Under the pieces are notes generated by a model. That model was not told the DNA's origin and did not search any database. It worked only from the letters and a program-made list of their open reading frames with translations. Shown here one piece after another: positions 8,751 to 14,973 of a stretch of DNA of 14,973 nt. Within the stretch, counting starts at the first letter, position 1; the number at the start of each line of letters is the position of its first letter. Location of the stretch: the NCBI GenBank assembly GCA_005191425.1, contig SUPR01000086.1:1-14973 (forward strand), given 5' to 3'. The position numbers and the translations under genes are program-made. The DNA is from Candidatus Helarchaeota ASGARD archaeon Hel_GB_B. GTDB taxonomy: Archaea > Asgardarchaeota > Lokiarchaeia > Helarchaeales > HEL-GB-B.

Positions 8751-9683
8751 TTATTTTAACTTTTTCTTATGTTTATAATCTACTACTGATCCAAGTTTTA
8801 CTCCTGCTACAATTCCTAATACGATTAAGATTATATATACTGGAAATGATAACTGGAATTTTGTTTCTCCATATCGCACATATTTTACCAAAAAAGCATC
8901 ATCACTACCTGCTCCAAAACTCGCAGTATATCCGCAGAGATATACATTATTTTCACTGTCTACTGCTATAGCATTGCCAATATCCCAGTTTATTCCACCC
9001 CATGTAGTATTCCACAGCGGGACACCGCTTGTGCTATATTTTACCAGAAATGCATCGGCATTTCCTGCTCTAAAACTCATAGTTTCTCAGCAGATATATA
9101 TATTATTCGCGATGTCCACTACCACACCAAAACCTTCATCGTCAGATGCACCACCCCACATAATATTCCATAACTGAACCCCATTAGAATTATATTTCGC
9201 CAAGAATACATCATATCCACCCGATCCAAAACTCCCAGTTTCTCCACAGAGATATATATTATTTTCACTGTCTATTGCTACACCAGTGCCAGCATCAGAA
9301 TACTCGCCACCCCATGTAATATACCATAATAGAATACCTACAGGATCATACTTTACTAAAAATGCGTCATAATCGCTTATTCCATAACTATGAGGATATC
9401 CACTCAGATATAGATTATTCTTATTGTCCAATGCCACAACAGTGCCAATATCGTCAGATGTACCGCCCCATGTAATATTTAATTTATCTAAATACAACAT
9501 ATTATTCGAGGACGAAGATGAAGCTGATTTAATTATTTTATTTTTATCATTATTTTCCTTATTTTGATTATTAGTTTTCAAAAAATAAACATTGGATATA
9601 TTTAAGTATAATATCGCATAGAAAGAGAGAGTTAATATAATTAATAGCGAAAGTGTTAAAATTTTTGTATTTTTTGACTTCAT
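8751..9683 (-). pseudogene. SBBP-type beta-propeller repeat surface protein (N-terminal signal/TM, four 52-aa repeats, C-terminal TM with basic tail) interrupted by an in-frame TGA at 9087-9089
   Basis: ORFs 9087..9683 and 8751..9080 are in the same frame and read through as NNIYIC*ETMSFRAGNADAFLVKY. Sister repeats read NNIYLCGETGSFGSGGYDVFLAKY and NNVYLCGYTASFGAGSDDAFLVKY, with GGA at the TGA position. Confidence 0.8.
8868..9479 (-). repeat. Four tandem 156-bp (52-aa) coding repeats, WGG...D.G..VA.D..NNIY..G.T.SFG.G..DAFL.KY...G..LW
   Basis: WGG occurs at aa 72, 124, 176 and 228, an exact 52-aa period. At DNA level 8935-8968 and 9247-9280 match at 32 of 34 nt (offset 312 = 2 x 156). Confidence 0.9.
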
Positions 9684-10574
9684 ATATTTCTCAACAATAA
9701 TTAATATATTATTTATACAAATACAGCATTAATCTAAATTATTCATATATTAAAATTAGTCTTTTAATATAAGTTTAAAAATTATTCTATCACTTAAAGT
9801 TCAATATATTGAATTTTATTAAATTAAAAGAGAACATCAATAAAAATAGATTATACAAAGAAGATTGAATAATAAAAAACTTTTAGGATATCTAAATAAC
9901 GATAAATGAAAAAATATATAGTAAACAATACAATAGAAGCGTATTAAATATAGTAAATAAATAATGATGGATTAATTGCGAAAAAAGAATTTTTTAAATT
10001 CTATTGTAGATGAAAAATAATAATTTTTAAATAAAACCATTAAGATTTAAACTTTTTAACAATAGATACGAATTTAAACAATAGATAAACAAATATTTGG
10101 ATAAATTAAGGATAGACCATAACATTTTTGAGTATCTCTTTTACCAATTTCAAAATTTTTTTTATAGTAAAATAGGAATTTAAAATTGCTTTTTAAGTAG
10201 ACACAAAACGCTTCCCTTTAAAATCTAATAATCTTTTGAAGATGGTCTTTTATATAAATATCAAGTTTATTTTCTTTTATATTGGGCAAGTTAAAATTGC
10301 TTTTAAAAATTAAACAAATTATAAGAATTTCAACATTATTCTAAAGACTGAAATTGAATTTTTTAATTAGAAATTTATATTTAATATTCTCCAGAAATCC
10401 TTGTTTAATATTATTTATATGCCCTCAAATATATCAATATCAAAAGATTTCCCCGGATTTTATATTTTTTGGAGAGAATTTAAATTATTTAAATAATTTA
10501 ACTATATAAAGATTTTATAAAATTTCAATTTTATTAATATTAATTTTGTTTTGGACCATTTTCTCGAATACAAT

Positions 10575-10595
10575 GCTAAAATTTTAATATATATG
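10575..10595 (+). promoter_or_regulatory. Possible archaeal BRE/TATA promoter for the thiolase-DUF35 operon (possibly leaderless)
   Basis: gctaaaa-ttttaatatata places TTTAATAT at 10583-10590, about 23-30 nt before ATG 10613, and there is no clear Shine-Dalgarno site. The AT-rich background makes this weak. Confidence 0.3.
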
Positions 10596-10612
10596 AATAT
10601 AAAGTATGATTC

Positions 10613-11815
10613 ATGCCGAAAAAAGTTGCAATAGTTGGGATTAGTGCATTTCCGTTTAGAGTTCGTCATCCACATTATACATATTATAGAATGGCATTTG
10701 AAACAACGAAAATGGCACTTGAAAATGCAAATTTATCTATAAATGACATTGATTCAGCAGTTTATGGTATTTACAATGATTTTTTTGAGAGGCAATTTAT
10801 GCCGGATATTATAGTCCATGATTATATTGGGATGATTTTAAAACCAGGAACTCGAGTGACTACTGGAGGAGCGACGGGTGGGTATGCTATAAGAACAGCA
10901 TATATGGAAGTAGCGAGTGGATTATCAGATGTAGTATTATGTCTAGGAGTGGAGAAATCAAATGATTGTTGGGATCCAAATACGGATACTCGTACTCCTG
11001 AACTTGTTAAAGCGATAAGTTATAGTGCGGATTGTGAATTTGTTAGACCACTTGGCTCATTTCCAGCAGCATCTTATGTATTACCTGTAAGGGCACATAT
11101 TGAGAAGTTTGGAAATCCAAGTGAAGAATCTATGGCACGAGTATCTGTAAAAAACCATGGGAATGCTATAGGAAACCCAAATGCGCAATCTCCTATGAAA
11201 ATTACCGTTGAAGATGTTTTAAATTCAAGATATATTTCAGAACCTTTTAAAAAATTAGATTGTTGTCTTTATAGTGAAGGTGCTGCTGCTATGATTTTAG
11301 CCTCTGAAGAGAAAGCAAAGGAAATATGTAAAAATAGTGGAAATGAGCCCATTTGGATAACTGGAATTGGGGCGGGAAATGATTCAAATTTTGGTGGACT
11401 TCGGAAAAATCTATGGTCTTTGACTTCAAATGTTTATGCAAGCAAACAATGTTATAAAATGGCTAATATTAAGAATCCACTTAAAGAATTAGATGTTGCA
11501 GAACTTCATGATGCTTTTACAGGACAAGAAATACTAAGTTACGAAGACTGTGGATTTATTGAACATGGAAAAGGTTATACTTTAATTGATGAAGGCATCG
11601 TTGAAGAAGGTGGCGAATTACCAGTTAATTTATCTGGAGGTTTAATAGGCTGCGGGCATGCTGTAGGAGCTACAGGTATTTATCAAGCAACTGAAATTGT
11701 TAAACAATTAAGAGGAGAGTCCCATAGACAGGTTTCGGATGCTGAAAAAGGACTTCTACATAGTGTTGGCGGCCCAGTTACTGCTTATTGTGTATGTATT
11801 ATAATGGAGAGATAA
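10613..11815 (+). CDS. Thiolase-superfamily protein of the SCP2-thiolase/archaeal type, lacking the canonical nucleophilic Cys, 400 aa
   Basis: VAIVG N-terminus, VVLCLGVEK, VSVKNHGNAIGNPNAQ, CCLYSEGAAAMILAS, AELHDAFT, VNLSGGLIGCGHAVGATG and HSVGG. The usual xxACASGG loop reads TTGGATGG. Confidence 0.88.
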   Translation: MPKKVAIVGISAFPFRVRHPHYTYYRMAFETTKMALENANLSINDIDSAVYGIYNDFFERQFMPDIIVHDYIGMILKPGTRVTTGGATGGYAIRTAYMEVASGLSDVVLCLGVEKSNDCWDPNTDTRTPELVKAISYSADCEFVRPLGSFPAASYVLPVRAHIEKFGNPSEESMARVSVKNHGNAIGNPNAQSPMKITVEDVLNSRYISEPFKKLDCCLYSEGAAAMILASEEKAKEICKNSGNEPIWITGIGAGNDSNFGGLRKNLWSLTSNVYASKQCYKMANIKNPLKELDVAELHDAFTGQEILSYEDCGFIEHGKGYTLIDEGIVEEGGELPVNLSGGLIGCGHAVGATGIYQATEIVKQLRGESHRQVSDAEKGLLHSVGGPVTAYCVCIIMER

Positions 11816-11818
11816 TAA

Positions 11819-12337
11819 ATGAATAATGTTCCGAAAAAAGATTTTAAAGAAAAATTATTGGCTCAAATTGATCAATTAAACAAAGACCCAAATTTCCATG
11901 AATATTATGATGAAATGATCATTCATTATAAATATTCAGTTGGTGAACTATCAAAATTTTTTGTAGAAATTAGAGATAACGCCAAACTATTTGGTACTAA
12001 ATGTACGAAATGTGGATTTGGATATTTTCCTCCTAGATTATATTGTAATAAATGTTATACAAAATGTGAATGGACTGAGTTAAGTGGTAAAGGGGAAATT
12101 ATAGCGGGTACAATTGCTCATTTTGGAGTCAGTGCTTTTACAGATAAAGTCCCAATTTCAATTGCATTTATAAAAATGGACGGAATGGACATGGCAATTC
12201 GGCATACCATAGTTATGGACGAAGCTGATTATAAGATAGAAAATATGAAAAAAGGCACACGAGTTAAAGTCCAATTTAAGCCTAAAGAAAAGCGTGAAGG
12301 TAAGATTACCGATTTTTACTTTGTTCTGGACAAATAG
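11819..12337 (+). CDS. DUF35-family Zn-ribbon/OB-fold protein (thiolase partner subunit), 172 aa
   Basis: KCTKCG...FPPRLYCNKC Zn ribbon, then WTELSGKGEI and an OB-fold ending GTRVKVQF. It starts 3 nt after the thiolase stop, with GGAGAG upstream. Thiolase-DUF35 pairing is well established. Confidence 0.9.
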   Translation: MNNVPKKDFKEKLLAQIDQLNKDPNFHEYYDEMIIHYKYSVGELSKFFVEIRDNAKLFGTKCTKCGFGYFPPRLYCNKCYTKCEWTELSGKGEIIAGTIAHFGVSAFTDKVPISIAFIKMDGMDMAIRHTIVMDEADYKIENMKKGTRVKVQFKPKEKREGKITDFYFVLDK

Positions 12338-12374
12338 ACTTAATTATAAATATAGTCTAAAATTTATTAAAACT

Positions 12375-12394
12375 AATTTTTTGAAAAAAATTTT
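12375..12394. terminator. Possible bidirectional poly-T terminator between the convergent DUF35 and acyl-CoA dehydrogenase genes
   Basis: aaTTTTTTgAAAAAAAtttt gives a T-run on each strand. Archaeal termination commonly uses oligo-T. Weak in this base composition. Confidence 0.25.
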
Positions 12395-12440
12395 AGAATT
12401 AAATATCAATTTTTAATTTTTTAAAAAGAGTTTGAATGAA

Positions 12441-13586
12441 TTATCTACCCAATTCTTCTCTAGCAATAATCAATCTTTGGATTTGGTCTGTACCTCCGCC
12501 TATTTGCATTAATTTCATGTCTCTTAAATATCGTTCTACAGGATAATCTTTGGTATAACCATCTCCACCACAAATTTGAATAGCATTTAAGCATATTTGA
12601 ATACCATTGCTAGCTGCAAATAATTTAGCCATGGCTGCCTCTTTAAACGGATTTTTACCTGCATCAATGTCTTTACAAAGATGATAAAGCATTAACCTAG
12701 CTGCATAGCAATTTGTTACCATATCGGCGACCATGTGTCTTATAGCTTGAAATTTGGAAACTGGCCTATCAAATTGAACTCTCTGTTTTGCATATTCCTT
12801 AGCTGTTTTAATGGCACCCAACATTAAACCGGTAGCTTCTGCAGTTGCAGTTGCCCTCTCAGTAACAAACATTTTCATTAGTATATTAAACCCTTCATTC
12901 AGATTTCCTAACAAATTTTCTTTAGGTACTCTAACATCTTTTAAGTCTAACTTAACGTTATGAACTCCACGCATCCCCATTAAATCAAACCGCTTTTCAA
13001 CAGTTAATCCCGGCGTTCCTTTAGGTATTATAAATGCGCTCATTCCTTTTTGAGGTCTTGATGCATTTGAGTTTGTTATTGCCCACAAAACATGCTGCCC
13101 AAGGCCACCGTTTGTTATAAATCGTTTTTTTCCATTTATAACCCATTCATCTCCTTCTAATACTGCTTTGGTTTCCATCCTTGCAGCATCAGACCCAACT
13201 TGTGGTTCAGTTATACATATACTCCCAAGAGTTTTTCCTTCAGCTATAGGCCTCAAAAATTTCTCTTTTTGTTCATGGGTTCCTGCAATATTTATTACTA
13301 CTCCAGAATAAATTGTTGCATTCCTTGCCATAGAAACAGCAGCACTTACCTGTGCCAACTCTTCGACTACAATACAATGATATAAAACTCCTTTTTCAGA
13401 ACCACCATATTTTTTAGGAAATGGTAATCCAAAATATTTTTTACCAATTTCTTCGAAAATTTTATTGGGAATTTCATTTGTCTGTTCTATTTCTTTTGAA
13501 TATGGCTTAATTTTTTCCTTTATAAATTCTTGTACTGACTTTCTAAATTCTTCCTCTTCTTTTGTGAAAATTGAATATTCCTTCAT
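12441..13586 (-). CDS. Acyl-CoA dehydrogenase (catalytic Glu at the IVD/LCAD-type position), 381 aa
   Basis: [72 protein letters not shown] and [11 protein letters not shown]. Confidence 0.95.
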   Translation of the reverse strand: MKEYSIFTKEEEEFRKSVQEFIKEKIKPYSKEIEQTNEIPNKIFEEIGKKYFGLPFPKKYGGSEKGVLYHCIVVEELAQVSAAVSMARNATIYSGVVINIAGTHEQKEKFLRPIAEGKTLGSICITEPQVGSDAARMETKAVLEGDEWVINGKKRFITNGGLGQHVLWAITNSNASRPQKGMSAFIIPKGTPGLTVEKRFDLMGMRGVHNVKLDLKDVRVPKENLLGNLNEGFNILMKMFVTERATATAEATGLMLGAIKTAKEYAKQRVQFDRPVSKFQAIRHMVADMVTNCYAARLMLYHLCKDIDAGKNPFKEAAMAKLFAASNGIQICLNAIQICGGDGYTKDYPVERYLRDMKLMQIGGGTDQIQRLIIAREELGR

Positions 13587-14039
13587 TAATCTTCACTATC
13601 CTTTCTTGTTAATTTTTGAATTGATTTTTGTAGACCATTAATTTAGTTATTAATTTTAAATTCTTTTTATATAAAAGGTTTTTTCAGAAATTTGAACATT
13701 TAAAATAAAAAACAAGAAGATTTTAATCAATTTAAAGCAGTAGTAATTTCTATTTTGAACAAATCCTATATAAATTAAAAATATGACCAATTTATAGAAA
13801 ATAATATTATTTTTTAGACTAGGAAATGCCTATAAATAAAAATTTCGAGTATACTACAATTTCTATGTATTAAATATAAAATATGCTACAGAAGATAATT
13901 GTAATCAGAAAAATAACTAAATGAATATGGAAAATATCCAAAAAATATTGCTATAATTAGTTAAAAATGAATAAAAACAAATAAAATTAATATTATTGTA
14001 TTCTGAATATTTTCTAACTTTTTATTAATTGTTTATGTT

Positions 14040-14483
14040 TTAACTAGGATAAATTGCAAGCATTCTTTGAATTTCGCGGTCTAAGCCCATCTCACCGATA
14101 GCTCCAACTACTTGATGTACTGGCCTACCATTTTTAAAGAAAATAAATCTTGGTATGCTTTGTACATTTAGTCGTAAGGCTGTTCTTCTATTTTGTTCCG
14201 TATTTAATTTGCAAAATTGTACTTGTGGATATTTATAAGATAAATTGTGGAATGGTACTGCCATCATTTTACAAGGATAGCACCAATCAGCCCAGAAATC
14301 TATCAATATTAATTTTTCTGTACTGGATATTATATGATCAAAATTTTGATCTGTTAAATTAATAATCTCCGATCTTACCGGTTCTTTTTTTACTGTCTCT
14401 TCAGTTTTCTGTGAGGAATATCTTAATAATTCCTTAAGTTTTCTTTTTCTAATTTTTTCCAGTTCGGGGTCATCATTACTCAT
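14040..14483 (-). CDS. trxA: Thioredoxin with N-terminal charged helix extension, active site WCYPC, 147 aa
   Basis: IDFWADWCYPCKMM (Cys68/Cys71), FCKLNTE, VQSIPRFIFFKNG and VVGA. The N-terminal extension is DDPELEKIRKRKLKELL. AGGTAA lies upstream of the ATG. Confidence 0.88.
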   Translation of the reverse strand: MSNDDPELEKIRKRKLKELLRYSSQKTEETVKKEPVRSEIINLTDQNFDHIISSTEKLILIDFWADWCYPCKMMAVPFHNLSYKYPQVQFCKLNTEQNRRTALRLNVQSIPRFIFFKNGRPVHQVVGAIGEMGLDREIQRMLAIYPS

Positions 14484-14593
14484 TGTAAATTACCTATTTC
14501 ATTAATTTATCAGAAGATTAAAAGGTATTTAATTCTAAAGATCATTTAATTTATTAGGGTATAATAAAAAATCAGTTATTATAAATATTTAGC

Positions 14594-14607
14594 TGACATT
14601 ATTGTCA
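14594..14607. promoter_or_regulatory. Palindrome TGACA-N4-TGTCA in the divergent trx/hypothetical intergenic region (candidate repressor site)
   Basis: Exact 5-bp arms at 14594-14598 and 14603-14607, just downstream of a TATA-like ttattataaat (14576-14586) oriented toward the ORF at 14634. Confidence 0.25.
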
Positions 14608-14633
14608 TTCAAATATAAAAGGTAATAGAAAAG

Positions 14634-14973
14634 ATGAGATTTGCAGAAATTGGAAAAAAATCTTTAAAGGACGAATCAGCTGGAAGAATATTGATTGAAG
14701 TGCCATTAATATTAATTGATAAATTAAATTTTTCATCAGAAAAAAATGAAATTATAAAGAAAACAAAACAATATTATGATTTACTAATAGATTGGATTAA
14801 TAAATTTGAAAATGAAATAAGACCAATTAATAAGATGTATATTATTTCTTTAACAAATTTAGATGATTTAGAAAAATATATTAATGAGAATTTTAATTTC
14901 TATGAAAAATTTAGGGACTATTTATTACAATTATTAAATAACAAAACAGTCGAATTAATTGAGGACGAGGATT
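14634..14973 (+). CDS. Hypothetical protein, truncated by the window end (>=113 aa: MRFAEIGKKSLKDESAGRILIEVPLIL...KTVELIEDED)
   Basis: My translation from ATG 14634 has no stop up to base 14973. AGGTAA lies upstream. It is absent from the ORF track because it lacks a stop in the window. No family recognised. Confidence 0.7.
   Translation, partial: MRFAEIGKKSLKDESAGRILIEVPLILIDKLNFSSEKNEIIKKTKQYYDLLIDWINKFENEIRPINKMYIISLTNLDDLEKYINENFNFYEKFRDYLLQLLNNKTVELIEDED

Noticed and set aside
9087-9089. Selenocysteine call for the TGA
   Set aside because: The aligned residue is a structural Gly in the other three repeats, the same blade has other degenerate changes, and I saw no convincing SECIS. Kept only as an alternative in the findings.
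8974-9177. 67-aa plus-strand ORF spanning the TGA site
   Set aside because: Antisense to the clearly periodic SBBP repeats, with no independent coding signal.
8868-9479. CRISPR array or non-coding tandem repeat
   Set aside because: The period is 156 nt, the units are in-frame and diverge mainly at synonymous positions, and there are no unique spacers. These are protein-coding repeats.
13200-14362. Plus-strand ORFs 13200..13385 and 14150..14362
   Set aside because: Antisense shadows of the acyl-CoA dehydrogenase and thioredoxin genes.

Overview
A very AT-rich window of housekeeping lipid/CoA-metabolism genes. It is most likely archaeal and resembles Asgard (Loki-/Helarchaeia) genomes. That assignment is inferred from the thiolase-DUF35 pair, archaeal-type AGGTG/GGAG ribosome-binding sites, a membrane-anchored SBBP repeat protein and a thioredoxin with an N-terminal helix; it is not proven. 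Gene order: class II fumarase (fumC, +); long-chain acyl-CoA synthetase (-); membrane protein and membrane-anchored purple-acid-phosphatase-family enzyme (-); double hot-dog (MaoC) hydratase overlapping a beta-keto acid cleavage enzyme (BKACE/DUF849) (+); SBBP beta-propeller gene broken by an in-frame TGA (-); thiolase-fold protein plus DUF35 Zn-ribbon/OB partner (+); acyl-CoA dehydrogenase (-); thioredoxin (-); and a truncated hypothetical ORF at the right edge (+). I found no rRNA, tRNA, CRISPR array or mobile element. The main signal is that nearly every CoA enzyme is a non-canonical variant. The ligase has a ~140-aa internal insertion resembling an SCP2 lipid-carrier domain. The hydratase fuses a dead and a live MaoC domain. 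The BKACE lacks the amine-binding Glu. The thiolase lacks its nucleophilic Cys. The dehydrogenase has its catalytic Glu at the IVD/LCAD position. Together these suggest a possible pathway for bulky or branched acyl-CoAs, but linkage between the genes is inference only.
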